Assembly: GCF_963506605.1 (NCBI RefSeq)
Contig: NC_083289.1
Span: 44,888,001-44,952,000 of the forward strand
DNA from: Zootoca vivipara
Lineage: Eukaryota
DNA length: 64,000 bases
Direction: 5' to 3'
Shown here: piece by piece, positions 11,207 to 23,360 of the stretch
Numbering within the stretch: the first letter of the stretch is position 1
How the letters are laid out: every line of letters starts with the position of its first letter
The notes under the pieces: generated by a model
Told to the model about the DNA's origin: nothing
What the model saw: the letters and a program-made list of their open reading frames with translations, nothing else
Databases searched by the model: none
Position numbers and translations under genes: made by a program

Positions 11207-11869
11207 CTATGACAAACTTAGTTGGTCTCTAAGGTGCTACTGGAAGGATTTTTTTATTTTATTTTGAGTGCGTCAGACCAACACGGCTACCTACCTACGA
11301 GCTTTGTCCCTAAAAAGCAACTGTGAATTGAACGATCCAGTGGTTGCTGCTACTGGTGCAAAGGAAGAGAAGAGCCAGAGGCTGCGGGGGTGTTTTGATG
11401 TGCCACTGCTCATGGGAGCCCAATGGGCTGCAGTACAGGCTTCATGGCACATGCCTCCAACATAATACCTCTGCTCCTTACCCCTCAAGCATCTTCCTCC
11501 CAAGGCATCTGGCTGCCTCATTCCGCCTAAGGGTTCTGCCCAGCTGTAGCTTGGAGCGCTTCTTCAGAGCAATCTTATTTTTTTTCTTTCAGAGCTCCTG
11601 AGCAACGGAAGGCAAACTGTTCTGCCTAATGCCTTTCTCCAGAGGAGTCGAGTCAGGATGAGTCACTCAGAACCCACCGCCCTTTACCCAGAGGTGCACA
11701 CATGCAGATGAGGCCCTGACAGGCTCAGCTGGCGTTTTTATTGACACTCCAAGACAAAAGCATCAATCATGAAGCTGGCAGAAAGTGGGTTCCAAAGAAC
11801 CGAGGCACCTCAGTGCTCCACAGCCACTCCAGAAGAGCATGGAAATCTCGCAGAAACAATGAGCGCTGA

Positions 11870-12084
11870 TAGGGTTGCCAGACTCAATAGAGGACAGGAC
11901 TTCTGTGCCTTTAATTGCCCTGCTGTCTTTTGAGTCTGGAAACCTTAAAGAGAAACCAGCAGGCCCTTTGTTTAATTTCCAAGCAAAGGGTCTGCTGGTT
12001 TCTCTTTAAGGTTTCCACACTCAAAAGAGAGCAGGGCAATTAAAGGCACAGAGGTCCTGTCCTCTATTGAGTCTGGCAACCCTA
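11870..12084. mobile_element. Fold-back hAT MITE (TAGGGTTGCCA termini)
   Basis: About 100-bp near-perfect inverted arms around a ~13-nt spacer; TSD AGCGCTGA/ATCGCTGA. Confidence 0.85.
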
Positions 12085-12456
12085 ATCGCTGAGTGTCTTG
12101 TCAGGGTAAAGGAATTGACAAGGGTGTCTACAGCCTTCATTGTGGCATCAACTCAGTGAATGCAGTGCCATTCATCAGGTGGCTCCATCAATGCATAGAG
12201 AGACATGCCCTTTGTTGGCATCCTTTTGGGGGCAACATGCATACCGTATGAGGCAAAATGGCACACAAAAATGTGTGTAGAGGAGAAATTTGCACTAAAA
12301 TGATGGTGAATTTTCAGGAGGACTTCTTTTTTAAAAAAAAATCGCAAACAACTGAAGCAAAAATAGACAGACCTGAACATCAGCTTGGAAAAACGAGGAC
12401 CTTGCAATTAAATTGACAATGGGGAACAGAAATGGGGGAGAGAAGAAACAAGGATA

Positions 12457-12793
12457 CAGTGGAACCTTGGTTTATGAACACCTCGGTTTACGAATTTTCA
12501 GTTTACGAACGCCGCGGACCCATCTGGAACGGATTAATTCACTTTTCATTACTTTCAATGGGACAGTTCGCTTCAGTTTATGAACGCTTCAGTTTATGAA
12601 CAGACTTCCGGAACCAATTACACCCATGCTTCGGGTCAAGTACGCTTCAGGTTGAGTGCTCCGCGGACCCGTCTGGAACGGATTAATCCACTTTCCATGA
12701 CTTTCAATGGGAAAGTTTGCTTCAGTTTATGAATGCTTCAGTTTATGAACAGACTTCCGGAACCAATTGTGTTCATAAACCGAGGTACCACTG
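12457..12793. mobile_element. Tc1/mariner (Tigger-like) MITE with internal tandem duplication
   Basis: TA-flanked TIR CAGTGGAACCTTGGTTTATGAAC / GTTCATAAACCGAGGTACCACTG; two internal copies of CCGCGGACCC..TCTGGAACGGATTAAT...CAGACTTCCGGAACCAATT. Confidence 0.85.
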
Positions 12794-13419
12794 TATATGC
12801 GAATGGAATTACATGTGGGTCATAGGAAGCTGCCCTTATTGGTCCACCTAGTTCTGTATTGTCTATGCCAGAGGTTCCCAAACTTATTTGGCCTACTACC
12901 CCGTTTTTTTGGGGGGGGGGCGTGAATTACTCAGTGCCTCCCCGAAAGCTACCTTTTTCAAGTGAAGGGACAGGGCCAGTGCCGGAGCCCGCCTGCCATT
13001 GACCAAATAGGCAGGCAAGCTGTGATCCACCTCTTGGACCTGGGTGAAGCCAGTATCACCCAATTTTGGAAACACTGCTCTATGGTGACCTGCAGTAACT
13101 CTCAGGGGATACCGAGAGATTCCAGGAACTGAACTTGGGATATTCTACATGCAAGATCTATGATCTGCCATTGAGCTGGAGCCTTTCCTCAAAGGCTCAG
13201 CTCCGGGCCAAGGTTGAAGCCAGATGTTGCCTAACTACAACTCCCATTATCCCTCACTGCTGGCCATGGTGGCTGGATGTGTCTAACAACATCTGGAGGG
13301 CCTCAGGTTCCCTACCTCTGCCATAGATGTCCCAGAGGGAGTTCCTGCCATTTTTGAAGCCCTTGAAGTTGGAGACATTTGCATGCCCAGGGCCGACTTC
13401 TGTTGTTCCCTTTGCTTTG

Positions 13420-13752
13420 TGTTATGTACTGAGCTGAATCATAGAACAATAGGATCCAGAATCAGCAGTCTGATTGGTCCGCAGGAGCCACCCAATCCAA
13501 CTCCAGGTGAAAGTGAATCCGCAACCTGATTGGCCTGCAGGAGCAGCCAATCAGGCTGCTGGCAGAAGTCAATCCGCAACCTGATTGGCCCACAGGTGTA
13601 GCCCTGAAGTAGCCAATCACGCAAAGCCCATTGTGTAAATAATGTATATAAGCAGATGGTTTTGGGAAAAGGGCATACTTCTCTTCTTCTCCTTGATGAC
13701 TACGAGCTGAATAAAGAGCATGAAATTCACTCTTGACTCCGAGTATATTTCA
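13420..13752 (+). mobile_element. Solo LTR
   Basis: TG...CA ends; 5-bp TSD CTTTG at 13415-13419 and 13753-13757; repeated CCAAT/ATTGG, TATATAA near 13645, AATAAA near 13710. Confidence 0.85.
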
Positions 13753-14272
13753 CTTTGCCTCCTGGCAATTGCTCCAAGCTTCTCTCAGCTCTCCTGGCAG
13801 GGCAGAGAAGGATTGGCAGGTCCCACATGTGTGACTCTGAGTCACCCAATGTTACTGATCTCCATTGTTACAAATGACTTCGAGCTGCCTACAGACAAAT
13901 CGCTCAGGATCGTAGAACAAAGAACAGGAGCCCGCAAGGCTTCGGAGAGCTTCTCGCATTGCTATCGTTACCAGCAACAGCTAATGATAATTAAGTCAAT
14001 CTCAGAGCTTCACCTCCTACAACCTGAGGGGTTGCATAATGAGAATGATAGGAGCTGGAAGCAGAATGAGAGAAGCGTGCCGGAATGAGTTCCGTAAGGG
14101 TGGGGGGAATCTGTAGCCCTCCAGATGTGGTTTGGACTCCATCTCCCAACAGCCCCAGCTGGCATGATGATGTACTCTAACACCATCTGGAGAGCCATGA
14201 GTTCCGCATGCTGAGGCCTCAAATCCTTGCAATAAACTTGTTTTATTTTCGGGCTATTTATTAGCTTATTTA

Positions 14273-14978
14273 TTTTTCTTTTTTCTTCTTTATTTTTCTT
14301 TTATTTTGACAAAGTAACAACCATACATAAATAAGAATAAAAATGTGCACCCCACCACTGAGACCATTCCATTGCAACTATCCAGCCTCCCAAAATTTCA
14401 ACACCTCTTGCGATGGTTTGACCCCTTTCCGTTTTAACACTACAAATTCTACAAATGCCCTCCATATCTCCTCAAAATCATTTCTCCTGCATATTCTCCA
14501 TCTTACCTTAATGGCACATGTTAATTTATCGTTAATAGCTATATCCCATCTTTATGTTGTTGTTGTTTAGTCGTTTAGTCGTGTCCGACTCTTCGTGACC
14601 CCATGGACCATAGCACGCCAGGCACTCCTGTCTTGCACTGCCTCCCGCAGTTTGGTCAAACTCATGTTCGTAGCTTCGAGAACACTGTCCAACCATCTTG
14701 TCCATCTTTATACCATTCTTCCATTTTATATTCTGCTTTCGCCTTCCACTTCCTAGCTATCATAATTTGTGCAGCTGTCAATAAATTTGTGAGCCAGTCC
14801 TTCATAGCCTGCGAACCTTCCACCCCATTGTAAATTGATAATAATGCTACCTCTGGACTTTTGGTCAGCTTTAACTCAGTGATTTCTGTTATTTCTTTAA
14901 ACACCCTTTGCCAGAAAAAAATTGTACATATTTACACCCCCACCACATGTGAACGTAATTCCTGGTTTCCTGGCATCC
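14273..14978 (-). mobile_element. L1-clade LINE 3' fragment, interrupted by BovB
   Basis: Minus-strand peptide LLTAAQIMIARKWKAKAEYKMEEWYK is homologous to the C-terminus of the ORF2 at 6537; T-rich tail on the left; 16-bp TSD TTTATTAGCTTATTTA at 14257-14272 and 14979-14994. Confidence 0.8.
14556..14701 (-). mobile_element. RTE-BovB 3' end inserted in L1
   Basis: Nearly identical to 5840-5985; TSD CCATCTTTAT at 14546-14555 and 14702-14711. Confidence 0.88.
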
Positions 14979-15091
14979 TTTATTAGCTTATTTAAAGGTC
15001 TGCCCTGCTTTTTCTGCAACAGAACCCAGAGTGGCTAGCTGCGAAAATAATTCAGAACCATCAAAATAACCACACAGAAGCCATTTAAAAG

Positions 15092-15330
15092 CAACATAAG
15101 AAGAACAACTGGCTGGATCAGGCCGGAGGCCCATTGAGTTCAGCATTCTGATCTCAAAGTGGCCAAACTGATGCCTCTGGGAAACCAGCAAGCAGGACCT
15201 GAGCACAACAGTGCTCTCCTTCCCTGCCGTTTCCAGCAGCTGCCATTCAGCATCCTACTGCCTCTGACAGTGGAGGGAGAACGTAGACATTTTGGCTAGT
15301 AGCCATTGATGGCCTTAACTTTCATGGAAA
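15092..15330 (-). mobile_element. CR1/L2-clade LINE 3' fragment
   Basis: AACATAAGAAG...GCTGGATCAGGCC...GGCCCAT..AGT.CAGCAT motif shared with 28445-28680, 33090-33540 and (opposite strand) 2900-3010. Confidence 0.55.
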
Positions 15331-16009
15331 CTCCCATTGATGCAATGTCACCCGAGGACGATCATCCAGCTGCCATAACACTGTGCTCTATCGGCTTATC
15401 CACACTTACCTTTCTTCCGCTCTTTCAAAGCAGGGTCCATGGTTCAAAGCTCTGTGTCTGGGGGCCCATTCTTTCGCCCTGAGCTTCCTGCCAAAAAACC
15501 TGCTCTTTACAGCTCAATCAGAGCAAACATCAATCCATGGGAAACCCGAACTGACGTTTGCGCCAATTCAGATTTGAAGAGTGGGTGGCTGGGGCAACCC
15601 AGCCAGATGGGCAGGGCATAAATAATAAAATTTTCATCATCATCATCATTTTCATGGGGAAAGTTCAGGAGGAAAAGAAAAAGAAAAGCTCTCGTAGAGC
15701 GTTAAAATGGACCGCTGCCTAGAAAGAGCAGGGCAAAAGCTAAGTATGGATGAGCCCTATGTATGAATCAACAAACAGTCTGAAAGATCCCAAGAACAAA
15801 TTCAATTTATATTTTCCATATGTCAGGGGCTGGAAACCTCGGTCCCAGGGGCCGAATGTGGCCCTTGAGACCTCTTTGTCTGGGCTTCAGGATTCTCCTC
15901 TCCCCTGGCTGCAGCTGCAGTCCCCACCAGCACTGCTCTGTGCCATTTTCAGATGGTTTTGCCTAGTTATAATGCGACCCTGAATACAGTAATGGCTTTT
16001 GCTTGATGG

Positions 16010-16014
<5 letters not shown>

Positions 16015-16069
<55 letters not shown>

Positions 16070-16085
16070 GAGAGAGAGAGAGAGA
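16015..16085. repeat. (GT)n-(AG)n compound microsatellite
   Basis: Directly visible. Confidence 0.95.
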
Positions 16086-16652
16086 CTTGGTTTCTGTGTA
16101 GCTGGAATGTGCCCTATTGTACAAATCACACCAATTGCCCCCCACCCACTTTTGCATTTGCCCCCTTCCGCCTCCACTGGCCTGCGGCCCCTGGAAGTTT
16201 GCCCACAGGAGAATGTGGCCCCTTGGCTGAAAATGCTCTCTCACCCCTGCCAGAGGTTGTGTCTATCATTCAAAGAGCAAAGAAGCCAACAGGGTCTTTC
16301 CTTGAAAGGGTGTCATTAATGTTGTGCCGCTTACTCTACTGTACAGGGTGCAATTGAACTCTTGGGGTGGGTAATTATGTGTCATGGCTTTGCCTTCAGA
16401 GCGGTTGCTCCTCTGCCCTGGGGTGTGTGAGACTGTAGCCAAGAATTATAGGGAAATGATGGGCTGCAGTCTGTTGTTAAACTCCCACTCTCAATCTTAT
16501 ACAGTACAAAGCATTCTCCATGCGCTGTTACTGCTTCAGCGTGTTCAGAGAGAAAGATGTATTTCTGCTGTGTTGTTGTTGTTGTTGTTGTTGATTTCAT
16601 TTCTTTATATTTTTATATTGCTTTATATTTTTAAAGAAAAAACGCCTTAAAA

Positions 16653-16788
16653 CAGGCATCCCCAACCAGCGGCCCTCCAGATGTTTTGGCCTACAACTCC
16701 CATGATCCCTAGCTAACAGGACCAGTGGTCGGGGATGATGGGAATTGTAGTCCAAAATATCTGGAGGGCCGAAGGTTGGGGGTGCCTG
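16653..16788. mobile_element. hAT MITE (CAGGCATCCCCAA family)
   Basis: 8-bp TSD CCTTAAAA at 16645-16652 and 16789-16796. Confidence 0.85.
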
Positions 16789-17132
16789 CCTTAAAACACC
16801 CAAAGATAAATAAATAAATTCCAGAATAAAACATTACTGAAGAAAGTATAAAGTATACATCCAAAGCAACATAATTAACAGGAAGCTGAAATATTACTGT
16901 ATTTTTTTGGTCCATAAGACGCACCTATTTCTTAAAGGAGGAAAACAAGGGAGGAAAACAAGCCTGGCAGTGGAGGCTGCAGAGGAGGAGAAAGCAGATT
17001 TTGGGTTGCACGTTCCCCTCCGCAGCCACAGCTGCCAGTGGCAAAGGGACCGGGGGGGGGGGACGTTCCTCCTTCCTCCCCCGCCCCTTTGCCGCTGGCT
17101 TTAAAGCCAGCTGGGGAGAAGGGGAGGACGCT

Positions 17133-17422
17133 CTTCTCGTGTTATTGGCCGAGGGAGCCGGCGTACAGCTTCCAGGTCATGTGGCCAGCATGACAAAGCT
17201 GCTTCTGGTGAACCAGAGCAGCACACGGAAACGCCGTTTACCTTCCCGCTGTAGCGGTCCCTATTTATCTTCTTGCACTTTGACACGCTTTCAAACTGCT
17301 AGGTTGGCAGGAGCTGGGACCGAGCAACGGGAGCTCACCCCGTCGCGGGGATTCGAACCGCCGACCTTCTGATCGGCAAGCCCTAGGCTCTGTGGTTTAA
17401 CCCACAGCACCACCCGCGTCCC
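17133..17422 (-). mobile_element. Sauria/Squam1-type SINE, 3'-truncated
   Basis: tRNA-like head with a GGTTCGAATCC B-box on the minus strand; aligns by eye with four other copies. Confidence 0.88.
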
Positions 17423-18187
17423 TCAGTACATAGGTAGTACATAGGTAACCAAGTCTAAAAAGCCTGGAATACCAATTTTCATGACCTTCTGGCATATGTG
17501 GTAGCTCATTTACCAGAAGTAATGTATTTAGCAATAACTCTGGAAGTGCCTACTCGATTCCGACCAAACTAAGCCTCCAAGAGCAAAATATACATGGCGG
17601 ACTCCCCTTCCTCATAGGTTTTTGTTTGATGGTTGGATGGCCATCTGTCAGGGATGCTTCAGTCGAGATTCCTGCACTGCAGGGGGGTTGGGCTAGATGA
17701 CTCTTGGGGTACCTTCCAACTGTACAATTCTGTGATTCTATACGCAGCCTAATTCTTTAGGGCACACAACTCTACCTTCTCTCTTGCAAGAGCACGACAC
17801 TCTCATAAGCCCACTTCTCATAGGTGAGTTACAGCAGTGGGTTAAAACTCTCACCCATCACTCCTATATCCTGAAGGGAAAAACCTTAGGATTGTTTCCA
17901 CTGTTACGAGATAAAAATACAAGCTGCAGCTCTCGTCGTCAGCTCTGTGGATGCCATGCCTGTGTGGTATCATTTTCAGATAATGCCACAATGCCTGGAT
18001 TGTGGTGTGTGACATCCGGGTGAAAAACGCGGCAGGCATCCTGCTTGGGGGTGTTATTGTTTTGTTGTTTTCGTGTTAACTATTTACTTGTTCTTTTACC
18101 TTGCGCTTTATTCTGTGGACCTCCCTGAGATCTTGTGATGAAGGGCAGTAGGCAAATTTAATAAATGCACAAAATAGAAAATAAATA

Positions 18188-18556
18188 AGGGACCTAGGTG
18201 GCGCTGTGGGTTAAACCACAGAGTCTAGGGCTTGCTGATCAGAAGGTCGGTGGTTCGAATCCCTGCAATGGGGTGAGCTCCTGTTGTTCGGTCCCAGCTC
18301 CTGCCCACCTAGCAGTTCGAAAGCACATCAAAGTGCAAGTAGATAAATAGGGACCGCTCTGGCGGGAAGGTAAATGGCGTTTCCGTGTGCTGCTCTGGTT
18401 GGTTCTCCAGAAGCAGCTTTGTCATGCTGGCCACATGACCCGGAAGCTGTCTGCGAAAAAACACCGGCTCTTTCGGCCTATAGAGCAAGATGAGCGCCGC
18501 AACCCCAGAGTCGGACACGACTGGACCTGATGGTCAGGGGCCCCTTTACCTTTACC
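18188..18556 (+). mobile_element. Sauria/Squam1-type SINE
   Basis: A-box TGGCGCTGTGG, B-box GGTTCGAATCC, BovB-like GAGTCGGACACGACT near the 3' end, (CCTTTA)n tail; TSD TAGAAAATAAATA at 18175-18187 and 18557-18569. Confidence 0.92.
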
Positions 18557-18676
18557 TAGAAAATAAATATTTAACACAGGAGGGGCATAGTGAGAGGGAA
18601 AGTTATCACCAATGCCTCATTCCTTTATGGAAACAGACAGCAAACTCTCTAGTGCAGGTTGGGGAACTTGTCAACC

Positions 18677-18707
<31 letters not shown>

Positions 18708-18949
18708 ACCGTGCCCATCCAGCTTGGTTGCCCCAGTCACTATGGGTGGTTTCCAACAGAATGTAAAAAAAAAAAAAACCCATAATAAAACATCGAACAT
18801 TAATAATAACAGTCTGAACCAATGCAAGGAAAAGTCACAATAAATTTAAAATAAACAACTTACATCAAATAAAGCAATATTCAATCATGCATTAGAATCT
18901 AATAGTAAACAGTAAAATTATACAGTATCAAGAAATAGTAATTAAACAG

Positions 18950-19061
18950 TTACAGGTAGGTAGCCATGTTGGTCTGACGTAGCTGAAACAAAAAATAAAT
19001 TAAAAAATTTATACCTATGACAAACTTAGTTGGTCTCTAAGGTGCTACTGGAAGGAATTTT
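18950..19061. mobile_element. Short inverted Penelope pseudo-LTR insertion
   Basis: 18950-19010 is the reverse complement of the tail at ~11248-11296; 19011-19061 matches 11203-11252 forward; 14-bp TSD TAGTAATTAAACAG at 18936-18949 and 19062-19075. Confidence 0.85.
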
Positions 19062-20509
19062 TAGTAATTAAACAGGTTACACTTATAAAGAATTACTAAA
19101 CTACAATAGAAAGTAACGTCAAGTCACAATGCGTAAAATACCGCAAAACATACGGAAAACATGTATAAGGATCAAAATGAGAAACAAGGACACACAACAT
19201 TATATATATGAGAAATCCTCACAGAAAGTGGGCTCATAGCACTCACCGAAAGAAGTTAGAATGCATATTTACATTCCATGACTTGGATGAATTGTGCCCA
19301 AGGCTGTCACATAACAGCAGTAGTGTTGACTTAGGATCTAGTGATTCCAGGGCCAGCCCAGCCCCTCCTTTCCCCAGGAATGTCCCATTTTGGAATACCT
19401 CTGTCCACTTGTTAGGTGGGCAGAAAGGAGAGTGCACAAGGGGAGGATCGCTCTATTACAATACTAGACACACTTTACCTGTAGTCTGTATTATGTTGGT
19501 TCTGGTCCAGTGGTCCTCAAACTTCTTTCTCTGGACCACACTCAGAATGAAAATTTGCTCACGCCAATTTTAAAATAAATACATTAGAAAACAAAAAGGA
19601 ACAACTCCTAGCAGTGCTCGATTTATAACATAGAACACAATTACTTTATAATATGATTGTGGGGCAGCCAGAAAGTCTAAAACAATGCAGCTACATAAGA
19701 ACGTGAATCATCCCCGAAAAATAATTGCAAACAAGCCTCTGACACCTGTACCTCAAATGGCTATACAAACTCAATGAGAGGTGTGAGCTTGCTTTTGCCA
19801 GGTAATCTCATTTATATTAGACCTATTTTGAGACAAACAAGCTCCCAACTCCTCATCAAAACAAAGAAACCTGCTACTGGTGTTGACTCAAACAAATTCT
19901 GCCCTGCACTCTGTTCGAACCGGATTGTCCTCAGTATCACTTGATGTTCTTGCTAGCATTTTGAAAATATATCTATCCATATCCTTCCAATAAAATAATA
20001 TATTCTGATACTGTACTATACTACACTGAAATGTTTAAATGTTTCTTTGATTGTCCTTGAACCTTCCTGCCACGCTTGCCATCCTCACCTACCAGCGTAC
20101 TTACCTTCCAACTTTTTCCAATGCAAAATAAAATTGAAATGCACATCTTCCCAAGACACACTCCTTGGTTAGTCACGTAACCCATGCCTCGCTCTCATCC
20201 CGAAAAAAAGCACTTGGGCGCAGGGAGATCTCATGCGGCCCTGAGAAAAGCACTTTTTCGGGGCTAGAGCACAGCCCAAGAGCACGTAAGATCGCAGCAC
20301 CCAAAATGGCCACCAAGTTCTCTTGAGGAAAAACAGGATGTCCCTTTTTTTCTGGGACTCTTGGAAGGTATGCACTACTGTGGCATGCCACACCCTTTGA
20401 GAACCAGCGCTCTCATCCTTTGTTTATGAAGGCCATTGTCAGTCAGTCAGATGGATTTGCTAAAAGATGTTGGTCATCACAAAGCCATCAAGTTTAGAGA
20501 TACATTGCT

Positions 20510-21208
20510 TTTTTAAAAAAATGTATTTATTGAAAATTTTATAACGAACAACAAAAACATACAGACTACGAAAAACCACTGCAAAAACTACAAAATAAAA
20601 AATACAAAATACAAAAATACAAAAAACATACAAAACAAAAACTCCAACTTATAAACCTTGTTTCTAATCTAGTGACTTCCTCATTCCTCCTCTTTCTGCG
20701 CTCCATTATAAATCGTCCTTAGTAATTTTGAAATCTTATACAAACTCTAAATTTTACTTAATACTAACTTATTTCTATACCTTTTATATCTTAATATTTA
20801 ACATTCCAACTATTTCCTTTCTTTTTACTCAATTTATGACTAACTCTATCAATACCTATTTCTCACCATTGTATTATCTACAACCTCTTTGTATCTCCCT
20901 CACTTCCATAAATTCTAATCTATTATACGCTTATTCTTCAAGTAAACTTTAAATTTCTTCCAATCGTCTTCCACTGCTTCTTCACTCCAATCTCGAAGTC
21001 TCCTGGTCAACTCAGACAGTTCCATATATTCTATCAACTTCTTCTGCCATTCATCCACTATTGGTATACTTCACATTACTTAATCATTAACTCTTTCTAC
21101 ATTAACATAATTTCTACTTAGCCTCTAATTTTTCCCTTAAAATATTCCACATTTCCTAAACTATAATTTCTATCCCATCTAATATATTGAATTATAAACC
21201 ACCTTCCC
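20510..21208 (-). mobile_element. L1-clade LINE 3' fragment
   Basis: Minus strand near 20950-21070 encodes IPIVDEWQKKLIEYMEL-like ORF2 C-terminus; AATAAA and A tail at the left end; 15-bp TSD TAGAGATACATTGCT at 20495-20509 and 21209-21223. Confidence 0.8.
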
Positions 21209-21784
21209 TAGAGATACATTGCTGGTCCTGAGCATATTGGACCTAAGTATGCTCAATGATTTTCAAAAAACATGATCCATCCGGCCGGTAGAGCAAACAT
21301 AGAAACCGTATATGCAACAAATTTATCCCAATCCCAGCACATAACAGATTTTCTCCCTCCTGTATGAAAAGAAAACTGTCTGAAGCCTCTCTTCCGAAAA
21401 CCTGTCTCCCAGGGGAATTATATCAGGAAACAACACATTGTGGACAATATCTTTCGCTTCTCGCTGCCCCCCCCCCAGTGACAATTTACAGGAATTCTGC
21501 TGTAGCTCTCCTCTAAATATATACTCTGGGCATTTTGGAATATCAGAGCGGCAAATGCTTTCCTCATTGCACCAACAGATAATTCAAAGCCCACTGGTTG
21601 CGCTCCTCCATTGCCCTATCTGAACTGAGGGTGCAACCTCAACTGCACCCATCCCTCTCAATGTGGTGCCACACTGCAACAGAAGGGGAACAGTGTGGGG
21701 GCTAGCTGCCTTTCACAAAAGCTTTTCCTCTATTCTCGATTTCCTCCTAAAGAACACCCATTAATAACCTTCTAATAATCCCAG

Positions 21785-22159
21785 TAGTGAATTATGGTGC
21801 TGGAGGAGACTCTTGAGAGTCCCATGGACTGCAAGAAGATCAAACCTATCCATTCTGAAGTAAATCAGCCCTGAGTGCTCACTGGAAGGACAGATCCTGA
21901 AGCTGAGGCTCCAATGCTTTGGCCACCTCATGAGAAGAGAAGACTCCCTGGAAAAGACCCTGATGTTGGGAAAGATGGAGGGCACAAGGAGAAGGGGACG
22001 ACAGAGGATGAGATGGTTGGACAGTGTTCTCGAAGCTACGAACATGAGTCTGACCAAACTGCAGGAGGCAGTGGAAGACAGGAGTGCCTGGCGTGCTCTG
22101 GTCCATGGGGTTACGAAGAGTCAGACATGACTAAACAACTAAACAACAACAACAACAAC
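21785..22159 (+). mobile_element. RTE-BovB 3' fragment
   Basis: ELWCWRRLLRVPWTARRSN...MRREDSLEKTLMLGKMEG; (CAA)n tail. Confidence 0.9.
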
Positions 22160-23317
22160 CCTGCAACTTCACTTCTCGCAGTGAGGGGAAATATTGGGGC
22201 TGTCACAAGCTTGCAAACTGGCCAGGCCAGTCAGCTTCTGTACAAGGAATGTGGGGGTCACCATCTTGTCCTTTTCATCTCAAACAGCAAAATATTTTGG
22301 GCTTGGCCAAGCGTTTCCTTCCACATCGGTGACCCTCGCTGTTGAAATAATGTTAACTGAGGACCTGCTGTTGGTGAAGTCTCTCTGTTGAGCTTCCCAG
22401 TGGCTTCTGAAGTTGGGAATTTCTTGCCAACATGTGCCTGCAGGGCAGCAGATGGGAAGGGGGCAAAACAGAGGGGAAGGAGAGAGAAAGTGAGTGCAAG
22501 GGAAGGATGGGAAAGGGCCCAATGATGAATGATTAGGGATTAAAATAGCTCTCGCCTTGGCTGCCACTGAATATGAAGCTCCTGGAATGATACAGCAGAT
22601 GTTTAAAACAGATTGAAATGTCACAGTCTGCATGGAGGGTGGAACACAGTGTTATCAGAGTCTTCCCTCCTCTCTAATCAGACTGTTCCTTTTGCCCGAC
22701 TCACGGAGCGATGAGGATGGCACTTGCAAACGTCCAAAGTTGAGGAGAGCAAAGCTCACGGGGTCAGGATGTTGGAGAACGGTGATGAAAACAGGAAAGG
22801 AATTGGAAATTGCTGCAATCTGCGTGCTTCTCTGTGGTCAGGAATGGAAATCAGTCGCCCAACACAATCCATATTCATTCCCACTGGTGCGCGTGTGTTT
22901 CAAGCCTGGAAAGAATATGGAATGGATGGCATTTTAATCATTACTATGGGATGTCCTTTACATTGAGAGGAAGGCAAAGTGTGCAAATAGTTACATAACT
23001 TGCACAGCGGCCAGAGAAACAAATAGCATAGAATTTGGCAGAAACCAGCCATGCTGATATTGATGAATACAAGTTGGAAAGGAAACCACTGCCTTCTTAC
23101 TGTCAGGCTCCCATTCCAGAAAACAACAATGGCGACACTTATTTCAGAGTAAGGAAGAGATCTTTATTCAGGCCAACAGCAGTACAGTACAGCCTCAGTA
23201 GCAAGCACATGTTCCCGAGTCAAGGACACATAGGGAAGGCTACATCTGCCCCTCCCCCCAGGCCTGAGCTTCCCCATCCCAGATGTAGATTGTCACTATT
23301 ACATTTATAAACTTTTT

Positions 23318-23318
23318 A

Positions 23319-23360
<42 letters not shown>
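23318..23360. repeat. (AAC)n microsatellite
   Basis: Directly visible. Confidence 0.95.

Larger units (their letters stand above)
10642..11299 (+). mobile_element. Penelope-like element, 3' fragment with pseudo-LTR
   Basis: C-terminal peptide LPGHSLQDLKVAVLLQKKFRNRLEREVAELQLITKLKTMERPGLNKDTGFLSHYT resembles the end of the PLE GIY-YIG domain; followed by a hammerhead-bearing repeat; 12-bp TSD AGCTTTGTCCCT at 10630-10641 and 11300-11311. Confidence 0.82.

Noticed and set aside
12480-12780. CRISPR-like or RNA-gene repeat array
   Set aside because: Repeats are internal to a TA-flanked MITE, have no unique spacers, and the context is eukaryotic.
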